A stretch of 64,000 bases of DNA from Negaprion brevirostris (lineage: Eukaryota). Numbering within the stretch: the stretch's first letter is position 1; each line of letters opens with the position of its first letter. The notes below the pieces were generated by a model. That model was not told the DNA's origin and did no database searches. It saw only the letters and a list, made by a program, of their open reading frames with translations. Positions 48,807 to 61,268 of the stretch are shown piece by piece. The position numbers were made by a program, and so were the translations under genes. Location: assembly GCA_030324005.1 (NCBI GenBank), contig JARDVH010000031.1, positions 55,130,558 through 55,194,557 on the forward strand, in the 5' to 3' direction.

Positions 48807-51800
48807 AACAAGTGTAATGTCCTGACCAGACCATAGTAGGAAATGGACTCCAATGTTGCACCAGATCCCAACATTGAGGTAGACTTTGTGGCATGGTAGA
48901 TAAACTATCCAACAGATGATGTGGTCACTCTTCACTGCATATGGGGCAGAATGTGAAGCCACATTTGGGTCTTCAGGACAGCGTCACACTGGGGCTAATC
49001 CACTTTGGTCCACACTCTGCAATGGAGGAAACAATTCACTGGCAACACGAACGTGATGAATTTTGAAGATTCTTCATTCAGCAGGATTTACCAGAATCTA
49101 CACTTCACATCCAAGATGCTGAAGACTTTGGTATTGGGCGTATCAGCTATAACCTGTTTAACCATCTTCATAGGGTGATGTAGTCTAAACAGTGCCTCGA
49201 AATTCACCACATTCATGTGTCCAGCAGACAGATATTGTTTCCTCCATTGCCCTATTGGACATCCACTGGCAGTCATGTCTTCCAATTGCGCATGGAGCAG
49301 CCCTTTGCAAGCCAACTCTGCAAAATCATCTTCAATTATATCCTGGTCTCGGATCATACTATGCAAGAGCATGATGCACATCTACATCTAGTGCCAGGAC
49401 CATACAGTTAAAGCTCAACCCTGCTGAATGCAGATTCATGGTGAACCAGGTTCCTTATATGGGTCACTTGCTCACAACTGAAGGTGTTAAGCCAGTTCCA
49501 GACAAAAGGCAGAGTTACAACAGATGGCCAATACTAAGGACAAGCACACCCTTGGTATGACAAATTATCTTTCCAAGTTCATTTTTTGCTACAGTGAGGT
49601 CAACTGATCCTTTCTTGAGGTCCTCCACCAAGGTGTTGAATGGTGCTGGTAGGAATGCCGTCCTGTTGCATTTAACAAGTTCAAACTGGCACTCTCAGCT
49701 CCTGCAATACTAAAATATTTCAACATTCCAGCCTCTATGTTCGTTTCAGTTGATGCCTCCCAGCATGAACTTGGCACAGTCTGCATCTAGAATGGCAGAG
49801 CAGGAAGTTTTGCATCAAGGGTCCTCATTGACCCTGGGACTCAAATCAAGAAGGAACTCTTTGTCCTCACCTTTGCGTGTCAGAAATTTCATACCTTCAT
49901 CTATGGCCATTCTGTAAGTGTTGAAAGCAATCATTAGCCACTCATTATTATTTGTAACAAACCTCTTCACACTGCGTCTGCACGACTGCAGCACATGGTG
50001 GTCAAGTTACAATGCTACAACCTCAGTGTCATCTATGAAGCAGTAAGGAGCTATACCTCACTGATGCTCTTTCCAGAGCCTCCCTACATACCACTGACCA
50101 GGCAGATCATAAGGAGATCATTGACACCATGACTGTACAGGCTCTCTTGTCTCATTGAATCAAGGAATTTATGAACGCCTTGCAGGCAGATCTCGTATGG
50201 AGGCAATTCCACTAAGTAATTATGAACATCTTGCCCAAGTCCTCAAAGGGACTTCCCTAAGAGCTCCATACGCTCTTCTTTCGCCAGAGGAGCTAACTAT
50301 ACAAGACGGGTTGATACAGCATGGGCAATGATTTGTTATCTCTACCTTTTTTGTAAAGGAACTATACTGCACCAAGGCCACCCAGAGTTAGGGGCAATAA
50401 AGTACAAGACAAAAGAATCCCTATACTGGCCATCAATGTATGCGGACATGGAGAGAGAGAAGCGCCAAGTCGCATTGAACCAAGGAACCACCGCACCTAC
50501 ACAATGTCCCAGATCTTCCATGGTCATTCATAGTGACTGATATTTTCAAATGTGGCACGAAGCACCATTTGGCTCTAGTCGACTTATACTCTGGTTGGCT
50601 TCAATTCGATGACCNNNNNNNNNNNNNNNNNNNNNNNNNNNNNNNNNNNNNNNNNNNNNNNNNNNNNNNNNNNNNNNNNNNNNNNNNNNNNNNNNNNNNN
50701 NNNNNNNNNNNNNNAGCTCGAGATGCTTTGTCAAACACAACATCCCACAGTGCATAATGACAGAAAATATTGACAGTTCATTTCCAGAGAATTTAGGGAA
50801 ATTGCACACACATGCACACCATGAGTAGTCCCTTGTGTCCACAGTTCAATGGCCTTGCAGAAAGGGTGGTGCATTCAGCTAAGCACCTGCTTGAGAAATG
50901 CACCTGCAAATTTCTATGTTGCACTCCTCAGCCTGTGAACATGCCCAAACAGAGTCTGTCACCATCCATGTAGCGCATGCTCCCTAGGCACACCAGGACC
51001 ATGATTCTTATTGCCAAGTCACTCTTGTGCCAAAAGGTCGAAAACAACAGCAGTGTTGCCCGTATGAAGTAGCAACAAAGGGAAAAGTAGTTTGACAAGT
51101 GGAATGCTCGCACATTTTGCCCTATAGCGCCTAGTCAAATGGTCAGGATCCAGACGCACATGGCCATGACAAACTGGCAGTGACACATGGTCATGCCCTG
51201 CAGCCAAACAACTGTGTGGTCTCCTCAGATGCTGCTCAGTATGTATGAAACCAGAATCACTGCAGGTACCTGAGTCACTACAATCATGCCCCATGCATCT
51301 AGCCTGCAATCCAGGTCCACCACAACAATGGAGATGGAGACCCCTCCAGAGGTGAACGCAGCAAGCCCTGTAGCCTTGGGTACACCACACTAATGCCATT
51401 CACACTGAACACACAAACCTCAGGGTACCTCAAGCACATCCAAATGGTAAAATCATACACTCAGGGTGCCTGCATCAACCAAATGCAAGCTTCAAGGACT
51501 ATGTGATGAACTAGTCTACCAATCGACTTTTTTAAAAAGGGAGTGGGAGGAGTTGTGATGGGGAATACTCCAGCTGCAGTAGCCTAGTCAGTAGTCTGTA
51601 CATTGTAAATAGTTATGTGTTGTTAGCCCTGTTCAGTTCTATATGTGGTGAATGGTTTGTACTTCGTGACTGTTCTCCTACATTGTCACACCTCAGTAAT
51701 ACTGGTTGTCTCAACTTAAACAAAAGAGATGTTGATTGGATGGTCATGTAGCCATTGGGGTGACTTGGGTACAATAGCGGTATAGGATGCATTCACTCCT

Positions 51801-52143
51801 TCTAATAGACCGTGGGGACAGCAATTGGTATAATTTTCAAAATGATTTTCTTTATTGAGTATAACTGGAACTTAAAATATTACAGAACACAAAAAAAGAG
51901 AGAGAGCGCCCAGAAAACTGATCCCGAGTACAGACTTGAACTTGCACAGTATTCAACATAACAACTGAATAACAGCTGTATAAAGCATTAGAACTTTTCG
52001 GTTATCTTGTGTGATGAAATTACCAGACACACACAGTCTCCAACTTTCAAAAACAATTCACAGCTGTGCCAAGAAAGCTTGTTTATGACAAAAACCATTT
52101 CTGTTAACGTTGTACTTTCAAATGTGGTCAATTTCTAAGTTCT

Positions 52144-52678
52144 AAATTTGCGGGCACATTTCTCAAGCAGATGCTTAGCTGAATGCACCACCCTTTCTGC
52201 CAGGCCATTGAACTGGGGACACAAGGGACTACTCATGGTGTGCATGTGTGTGCAAATTCCCTGAACTTTCTGGAAATGAACAGTCAAGTGTCGTCTGTCA
52301 TTGTGCACGGCGGGGTGCTGTGTTTGGCAAAGCATCTCTTGAGCTTGTTTATAACCATGTTGTTCTTCAAGTCTGATGGTCATCAAATTGAAGCCAACCA
52401 GAGTATAAGTCGACTAGAACCAAATGTTGCTTCGTGCCCCATTTGAAAATATCAGTCACTATGAATGACCATGGGAGATCTGGGACATTGTGTAGGTGCA
52501 GTGGTTCCTTGGTTCGATGCGGCTTAGCACTTCTCTCTCCATGTTCGCATACATCGATGTCCAGTATAGGGACTCTTTTACCTTGTACATTATTACCCCC
52601 AACTCTGGGTGCCCTTGGTGGAGTACAGTACCTCTACAAAAAGGTAGAGATGACAAATCACTGCCTATGCTGTATCAA
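52144..52678 (-). repeat. Inverted duplicate of the Gypsy integrase segment 50311-50913
   Basis: Reverse-complement match along its length, e.g. gtcgacttatactctggttggcttcaa; shares the same lesions. Confidence 0.9.
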
Positions 52679-52929
52679 TGTTAGTCTTAAAATGTGGTCA
52701 GGTTAACTTAAGTTAGCTTTAAAATATAGCATAATTACTTACATAAGCAGAAATACTTAAAATGAAGCCTTTTTAACTCAAGCAAACCATACAGAGGATC
52801 CCACAAGGGGTCACATGTTAGGAGCACGTGAGTTCTCCCAGAGCAAGAACAAACACACCATGTAAGAGTTGCTCATCAATTGTTGTTAGACTCTGGTCAA
52901 CAGTTATTGCAACCGAATACTTCTATAGC

Positions 52930-53520
52930 CTTGTCCCTGAACGCATCCAACAGTAATACAGAAAAAGGAGAGATTCTCACTGTTCATGACACTCTCCTGT
53001 CAAAATTCCTTGAGAGCAGATTTTGTCAAGAAACATCTGTTCATCAAATAACATTGCTGCCTGGTTCAATAATTTCTGTACCCTGAAAGAATCTGCTTTC
53101 GAAAAGCGACAGTACCAGGCAAGGCATCCAAAAACGATAGCATGCTCAACTACAGCCATGTAGAAGAGCTTCATGATTGTAGGATCCATTTGTAAGGATT
53201 TTCATTTTCCAAGATAGTATAATTGCGAGTGTCCATTGGCCACCGTATCTCTACACAGCTCCCTTCATTTCAGCTTATCATCTACTTTGACACCTAGGTA
53301 TTTGTAGCTAGTAACTATTTTAATGTCCACATCATGAATCTTCATGGGAACAATAACATTAACTTGCTTTCTCCTAAAGTCTTTTGCTTTGTTTCTGTTC
53401 AGTTAATGGGAATTTTTATCACACCATTTAACTTCTGCATCAAGTTCGTATAGTTTCCTCCATTATTTCTTTTGAGATTCACAAGTACCAGATTAACAGC
53501 ACACTTCAGGATCATTTATG
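52930..53520 (-). mobile_element. Diverged Rex1/Babar-type LINE fragment
   Basis: SYKYLGVKVDDKLK...MDPTIMKLFYMAVVEHAIVFGCLAWY. Confidence 0.75.
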
Positions 53521-55196
53521 CCAATTACTCCTTTGAAAAATTATTGCTTGCATGAGCAGGTACAATTGCATAGTTCTAAAAACCTTACAAATATAAAAAC
53601 ATTTTCTGTATCCCACTGTAAGCTTCTCAGATCTAACAACAGATCCAGTTTTTATCATTTATTCTCAGAAGGTAGCATCAGTAGTAAGGCCTGCATTTAT
53701 TGTCCCTTCCAAGATATCCTTCGAGAGTCTTTTTTAAATACAACTCAATGTTTAGATCAGTTTACCAAGAGGCAACCATTTGCTGTGGGACTAGGGTTAT
53801 ACAGAAGCCAGAAGAGATAAGGTAATGATTTCCCCAAATGACAGTGAACTAGTTTGATTTTTATAAAAATCCAACAGCATTAAGATCATTTTAACTGACA
53901 GCAGCTTTTTATTTCCAGGACGTTAATTTTCAAAGTACCATAATGAAGTTCATGCGCTTGTACTTGATGTGCAGATGTTCCCACCCCCAGGCAAAAGCTG
54001 AGGGCAACCCCACTTCTGCTGGTGAGTCATCTTCTTAAATCACTACTGTCAGTGTGGTGTAGGTACGATAAGTGATGAAGGAATGGCATTATGTTTCCAA
54101 GTCAGAATGTTATAAAAGTTGGAGGGGAGGTTAGAGGATGCTGATCCCAGGTTTCTGCTGCCTTTGGCCCCAAAATATAACACAAGTCAGCAATGAGCAT
54201 CTCAGCAGGCAGAGCAAGAGCCTGAATAGCTTGGCTTTACCTCTGCTAAAGAAACAGCGGGTGTTCCACCTACAAAGAGGAAGACTTTCAGCTGACTTTC
54301 TTTTGATGTTGGGGCCCATGAGGCAAAAGACTCAGCTATTGGGACGCATGGGCATCAAACGGATTGAGCAACTGGGTGGGAAGTGAAAGTTCCTGGACCT
54401 AACCTCAGCATTCATGTTTCCTTTCACCATCATCCCTCTCCTGGTCCAGCCACATTTCTCTGCCAGCAATTAACCGGAGAACATTTTGTTGCAGATCAGT
54501 GGAGTGACGAAGAGCAAAGGCTGATCTGTTAGGCATCCTAGTTAAGTTGATATTCATAACCTGTCAGCCAGTGATGAAGCTCTGCAAGCCCTGTGCGATT
54601 ATTGCATTTTACATTCTGTGGGAGGGGGTCTCCGTGTAGGAGACCATCATGTCCTGATGGATGAAGACATCATCACAAAGGCCTACAGTATTATGCCACT
54701 CATGTTTGAGACAAACTCCTCTTGTTTCTCTGGCAACAAGCACAGTGTGGTTGAAATGCCTGCCTGTACATCACACATTCTCTGCTGCTGCTCCAAAGGT
54801 ATTCTAATCATCAATGACCGCTGGGGCTCACCATCCAGCACAGCTTGTCTTGCCCGGCACTCACTGACATGGACGCTCCGTTGCTATCCCTATCTAAATC
54901 ATTTACTCCTTCCTACTAATTTATGATTTGTCAATAACCAGTTAGACAGCCAATTATAAATTATTTGTCCTATCACAGTGTGAGTATCTGAGCTGGTCTA
55001 TCTAATTCCTGTGTCAGTGGACCCTCAGAGTGAGTAGATTCTGAGCAGTTATCATCATTAATCAGTTGCACAAACTCCTGCAGGATGCATGAAGACCCTC
55101 TGAAACATTAATGACATGAATGACACCAGTCAAGGTAAGAATGCCTTGTTTTCACCATGCACATATTCATATTCCACTTGCTGTTAACAACTAATG

Positions 55197-55483
55197 TTTT
55201 AAAGTTTATTTATTAGTCACAAACAGGCCTACATTAACACTGCAGTGAAGTTACCGTGAAAATCCCCAAGTTGCCACACTCCGGGTAAACTGAGGGAGAA
55301 TTTACCATGGCCAATGAACCTAACCAGCACATCTTTCGGACTGTGGGAGGAAACCAGCGCACCCAAAGGAAACCCATGCAGACACGGGGAGAACATGCAG
55401 ACACGCAGACACCATCACAAGGCAGGAATCAAACCCAGGCGCTGTGAGGCAGTGGTGCTAACCACTGTGCCGTCGTGCCGCCC
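55197..55483 (-). mobile_element. HE1-type V-SINE, tail type B
   Basis: aaagtttatttattagtcacaa...ggtgctaaccactgtgccgtcgtgccgccc. Confidence 0.9.
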
Positions 55484-56094
55484 CTAGTCAAAATGCGTGG
55501 GTGTTGTATGCCATTGGGCAGCCTGATATTAATGTTGTTACCAAGTAACCAAGGACTTTCTCTTCTCCACATTCCCAACTGCCAAATAGGCCAAAACTGA
55601 CTTCCAGAGTCTCCTGATCAGTGCTTATCAACTATGAGATGGCTGGTCGGCTCCCTCCTTTTTTCTGCATCTCCATGGTTGTTTGTGCTCTCTTGGCCTG
55701 AAAGGAAACAACAAAACAGCCTCTGACTTGGAGCAGTGGCACATGTTGAACAGATGGATGAAGTGCATTTGTTGAAGATGACTATGAGGATAAAGCCAAA
55801 GTAACAGTGAGGCTAAGGGCATTCATTTCAGTTTATGCATGAATGTTAAAACATTAAGTGAAAGACAAATCTGTATTCAAATGATGATATGGGGAAATTG
55901 CTGTCCAGATGTTCTGTTGTTAAGTCTGTTAAAATGACACCATTAGAAACATAGTAACTTAGGAAATGGGAGCAGGAGGAGGTCACTCAGCCCTTCAAGC
56001 CTGCTCTGCATTCATTATGACCATGGCTGTTCATCCAATTCAATAGCCTGATCCTGTCTTCCCGTCATACCCTTTGATTCCCTTTGCCTCGTGT

Positions 56095-56392
56095 AGAAAC
56101 ATAGAAAATAGGTAAAGGGCATCTTACCCAGGCCTATTCCCCACCCTATCTCCATAACCCCATGCATTTACCATGGTTAACCCACATATCCCTGGACACT
56201 AATGTGTAATTTAGCATGGCCAATCAACCTAACCTGCAAATCTTCGGACTGTGGGAGGAAACTCGAGCACCCGGAGGAAACTGGCGCAGACACAGGGAGA
56301 ACCTGCAAACTCCACACAGACAGTCACCAAGGCCAGAATTGAACACAGGTCCCTGGCACCATGAAGCAGCTAACCACTGTGCCACCATGCCA
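56095..56392 (-). mobile_element. HE1-type V-SINE
   Basis: aatttagcatggccaatc...ggactgtgggaggaaac...gctaaccactgtgccacc; adjacent to a CR1 tail at 55945-56090. Confidence 0.85.
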
Positions 56393-57149
56393 CTCTAACA
56401 TGCACTATAGAATTGTTGAAATCAGGTGGTACGTAGGAAAGAAGCTCACCACAGAAAGTTATGTGAAATTCTTATCTAAGTATCCTCTAAATGATGTGAC
56501 AACTGTCAGTAAAACTCCTTGACACCTTAACTCTTACAAGTGAGGAGTCTCATTCTCTTAGGCTTTCACTGTGGTTGAAGACTTTTGAAAAGTATTTGAA
56601 TTCCTTTTACTTTTCCTTTTCTCTAGTTTTTCCTCTCCCAATGCAATAATTTCCTTCTACTCTTTTATTTCTTTTTCTACCTGATTGGGATTGAATTTCA
56701 TCCACTCAAATGTACACTTCTTTCTCAGCCCCAGCGCTGCTCAGTCCTTCAACCTGCTTGGTTAGGGCGATGCACAGTTGGTTGCCCTGTTCAGTCAAAT
56801 GCTAGATACTCAGCTTTTTTCAGCACATTGTTATCAGTTTGCACTTTCAACAATTTGCCATGGAATAAAAGATAAAATATAGATGAACAAAGGCAAGTCC
56901 AACTTGCAGCAGATGATGTTAAGTGCCCTCTCAGAGCAAATTATGGCCTATTGTCCATTTTGAGACTTTGTGACAAGTTTATCTGTCATTGCATTCAGCA
57001 TAACCTCCTCATCAATCAATGTGCTAAATAATGCTTCAGCTTTTGTGATAATACACAGCCTTGTCAGTTTGGTTTTCATGCTTCTTTTTATTCTTATCAA
57101 GATGTTCCAAAGATTTTGAGTAAATTAGAGAGGAAATAGACTTGAATAG

Positions 57150-57394
57150 AATGAAATAGAGCATAGAACAGAACAACACAGGAACAGGCCCTTTGGCCCA
57201 TGATGTTGTGCCGAACATGATGCCAAATTAAACAAATCCCCTTTTCCTGCCCTCGGTCCATACCCTTCTATTCCTTGCATTTTCATGTGCTTATCTAAAA
57301 ACCCCTTAAACACTCCTATCTTATCCACCTCCACCACCACCCCTGGCTGTGCGTTCCACTTACCACTCAGTAAAAACTTAGCCCTCACATCACC
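57150..57394 (-). mobile_element. CR1 (HER1-like) LINE 3' end
   Basis: WNAQPGVVVEVDKIGVFKGFLDKHM...EGYG; GGGCCAAAGGGCCTGTTCC tail. Confidence 0.85.
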
Positions 57395-59091
57395 NNNNNN
57401 NNNNNNNNNNNNNNNNNNNNNNNNNNNNNNNNNNNNNNNNNNNNNNNNNNNNNNNNNNNNNNNNNNNNNNNNNNNNNNNNNNNNNNNNNNNNNNGTTACT
57501 CGTGTCCAGCTACCAATAAAGCAGCCAGGGGGCTCCATGTTAAATTATTTCACAGCGTTGATCGTTGAGTGTTTCTCACTTCTCCGGATCAAAGTAATTT
57601 TTTTTTGCACCTGCCCTCCAAGTCAGGATTGTCCATTAAGGAGAAAGCAGTGGCTGGAGTATAAACCTTTGGCAAGACATTGTCCTTGATCACAGTGATG
57701 CGAAACAGGCATTGGTTTCTTCATCAGAAGTCTGATGGCTGTATAGTTCTTTCTCTGACCCTGCTAGTTGGTTCTTCTCCTTGTCAGAATATATTGCAAA
57801 AGAAACTATCTTCACTGATAAGCCCAAGCAGAAAGGTGGAAATAGTACATTTTGAGCAGCTTAGATCAGCCCTGCGTGAAATTGTCTTTTTTTTTCCCTC
57901 CTCTGTTTTAATTCTGTGGGCCGAAGAGTAGAGAGCGATATTTCCTAACATTCACTATCATAATATTGTGGGGAATTGAAATCTCTTCACAACAATGCTC
58001 TTGAACTGACAGGAATCACAGTCCTGAGGAACATTAAATGCAACAGCCCTGCAATGCCATTTTCCAATTTTAATGGGATCTTACAAATCTTATTATATAG
58101 ATAATGTTTATATTTTTATTTCATGCTCATTGGAATAAAACCTGATTCAATTTAAGGGAATTAAATATTATCCATCACCAGTAAATGTGAAATGAAATGT
58201 TCCACACAATTTCAACCCTCCCTAAGAATTGAAGCCATTGCTACTTTTGCATTTCACTTTAGCTGTTTGGGGAAAGAAGTTGCGCCTTTTACAATGAGAG
58301 TACATGCACACTTTTGACTCTTTTTCATTCAGAAAACAAAATACGGATTAGTTCCCTCACTGTGACAGATTCAGCTGCCAAATAATTTATTTACCTTTCC
58401 ACAAAAAAATGGCATAATTAAATGCTTGTGAAACTGTTACGAAACTATTATCACTCTCTGCAGGGTTCTTAGACTTTGGAAATGCAAGCTAGGTGTGTGT
58501 GTTTGCGCGACAGCATTTAGTTTTGGCGTCTGCAGCGTTACAACTTCGTGTAGTCATGCTCAGAAAATGAATGAAGGCGGATGCTGGAAATCTGAAATGG
58601 AAAACGGAAATGTTGGATGCATTTAGCAGATCTGGTGGCGTCTGTCATACGGACTTCTAATGTTAACTCCGTTTCTCTCTCTCCCCCAGGTGCTGTCAGT
58701 CATACTGGGTTTATCCAGCATTTTATTTCAGCAAATGACTAAGTCAGTTTGAATGAGCACAAAGACGTTGCAGAACATTTAGCGGTCTACTTGCCTACTC
58801 CTCTCTCCCCAGTAACTGGAGGAGACAGGCCATCTAAAACTGAGGAACCCCATCTTGGAACGTGTGTATGAAATTAACATAACCCTGCACAATGAGAACT
58901 CAGTGCCTGGGTTATCGTGATAGGAAAATACTTCCTGTCTTTTCATTTGTAAATCCACTCGACAATATAGACAATGATATTGCAAATATGTTTTTAAACA
59001 AAGCAAGAAGTGTATCAGTAGAAATTTGAAATGTTATGGAAAGATCAGAACTTATGTTGCAAAAAACTAGCATAGAAATTAAAATGTGCTT

Positions 59092-59243
59092 AAACATAGA
59101 ACATAGAACATGGAACACAGAATATAGAATATAGTACACAGAACATAAAATATACAACATAGAACATCGAACATAGAATATAGAACAAAGAACATATAAC
59201 ATAGAACATAGAACTTAGAACATAGAACATAGAATAAAGAACA
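59092..59243 (+). repeat. Degenerate (AACATAG)n heptamer array, about 21 units; expanded CR1 tail
   Basis: aacatagaacatagaacatgg... contiguous with the CR1 3' end. Confidence 0.85.
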
Positions 59244-59632
59244 GTACAGCACAGAACCAGATCCTTCGGCCCACGATGTTGTGCCAAACGTGACGTAAAA
59301 TTAAACAAATCTCTTCTGCCTGCCCTTGGCCCATATCCCTCTATTCTTGGTATATTCATGTGCTTATCTAAAAGCACTTTAAATGCCCCGATCATATCTG
59401 CCTGCCCCACCACCCCTGGCAGCGTGTTCCAGACACCTAACACTCTATATGTAAAAAACTTGCCCCTCCTTTGAACCTTCCCTCTTTCACCTTAAGTGCA
59501 CGTGCCCTAGCATTAGACATTTCAACTCTGGGAAAAAGATTTTGACTGTCAACCCTACCTATGCCTTTTTTAACTTTCTAGACTTCTATCAGGTTTCCCG
59601 TTAGCCTCTGCTGCTCCAGAGAAAAGAACCTT
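59244..59632 (-). mobile_element. CR1 (HER1-like) LINE 3' fragment
   Basis: VWNTLPGVVGQADMIGAFKVLLDKHM...EGYG. Confidence 0.85.
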
Positions 59633-60387
59633 AGTCTGCATAGAAGCTGGTGTAACATTTCCATTTCTACTCAGTAATTGGGCACCAGAAGACGCACAGA
59701 ACATTGAAGGATTAACTCATCTACCATTTTATTTCCTCAACTTCCCTCCCTCCTTCATTCAGGGAGACACACTCACGCCCATTCAGTCTATTTCAGAAGG
59801 TTCCAGCTATATCTCAGAAAACTTCATGTTATGGCTTGGGGGCCAAGTTATTAGTACACCAAAAACATACTCTGGGTGATTCATAACAAAGTTTTTTTTA
59901 ACCTATACAATTTTTTAAATGATTATATCGGTATCAGGCTTATTGTCAGATATTCCCCGTTGTTAAGTAAAACCAAAAAGCTACCATTAATATTTAAACA
60001 AACGTCTAGAAATTTGTTGTAAAGTACACACAGAGGTAAGTAGTTTCATGTTGGTTCCTGCTGTGCATCAAAAGGATCTTCCCAGGGAAGGTTATTGGAA
60101 GAATTGCATTTCTTAGCCCTTTTATATTTGAATTATTTTAAGAATGTTTGTGATTGTGCAGTTATTAAACTGAAAGTAAAAGGCACTGGGAAGGCTTTGC
60201 AAAGTGAAAATTTGATGTGCGGCTGAAGTGTGCCACAGAGACTTCAACCACTGAGTATGTCTTATGACAGTTCAGCACCCTGGCAACTGTATTGTAGCAG
60301 TTACATTGCAGGGTTAATATTGACTCTCAATCCGCCTGCAAGTAGGGTTATTCATTTCATGAAAGATCCACAGGCAGAAAGTGTATA

Positions 60388-61268
60388 GGGGGGAGATTCT
60401 CCCATGGCGCTGCACTAATTTTCCAGTGCAGCAGGCCAAGAGAATCGTGCAGGGCGATTCACAGGATTCCCATGAGCCTTCTCGCCTCACTAGTGTCTCC
60501 GACTGCCGGATTTCCAATGTGATCTGCTCTGCACCGGAAATCGGTGGGGAGGCGGGGGTAGCATTAAAATGATATAATCATCTAAATGCTATTAGTGGGC
60601 CCACAATTGAATTCTCTGGGCCTGCTAGCCTCTCCCATCCTGCCAGAGTGTCTCACTCCAGCGGTGATTACACTCGGTCCCCACTTTTGGGGAACTAGCA
60701 GCCCAACCTTGCTGGAGTAAAGGAGGGGAGCAATTGGGGCCCTTCACAAGGTTGGGTGGCGGGGGTACCCCTAGGCGTGGGTGCCCTGGCAGTGCCAACC
60801 TGCTACTCCTGGCACTCCCCAAGGGGCAAAGTATCCACGCTGGGGGGGAGTAGTGGGGGGCATGCTGAGGGGTGGGAGTCTGCTGAGAGTGATTGGCACT
60901 GTGCGGGGGGAGGGCAGGTCTGGCTGGAGATCAGGATAGACAGGGAAGGAGGGGTTGGGAATAGTCGAGGACNNNNNNNNNNAGGCCATGGAAAGGTTGG
61001 GGGCGGCAGCATGGCGGGGGCCCCGGGCTGGCCAGTGATCGAGCTGGCCAGCAAACAGGAAGCTGTCACTTCGGGGCCACTGTGCATGCGCAGAGGCCTG
61101 CTGGATTCAGCCTCCTAGGCAAGAATAGGCCTTGCCCCCTCAAGTCTAATGATATTCACGCTGATAGCCTCTGCATTGAACAGAGTGTGGGAGATTCTAG
61201 TGAGAGCTCCCATTAAAAAAAACAGTGTGATTACTCCAATTTTCCCGCAAATTCAACAAATTTGACCC
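60388..61268. mobile_element. GC-rich non-autonomous DNA transposon
   Basis: ata|ggggggagattct ... aaatttgaccc|ata (3-bp TSD candidate); homologous to 25275-26357. Confidence 0.65.

Larger units (their letters stand above)
47495..52927 (+). mobile_element. Decayed, rearranged Ty3/Gypsy LTR retrotransposon
   Basis: gag RDCIVCGVHSAVVRKQLL and CSNCG/KCGK knuckles; protease RID...KCNVL; RT VFQLRMEQ...ILV...QEHD; RNase H VDASQHELG; integrase HQGHP...SLYWPSM and PQFNGLAERVV; PPTs and LTR pair. Confidence 0.9.

Noticed and set aside
58750-58870. Open stretch AVYLPTPLSPVTGGDRPSKTEEPH as a possible terminal spectrin exon
   Set aside because: Lacks the expected EMxxW start of the next PH exon and has an in-frame stop just upstream.
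58912-59243. CRISPR-like or coding repeat (YVLCSMF...)
   Set aside because: Simple 7-bp tandem repeat without spacers, in a eukaryotic LINE tail.
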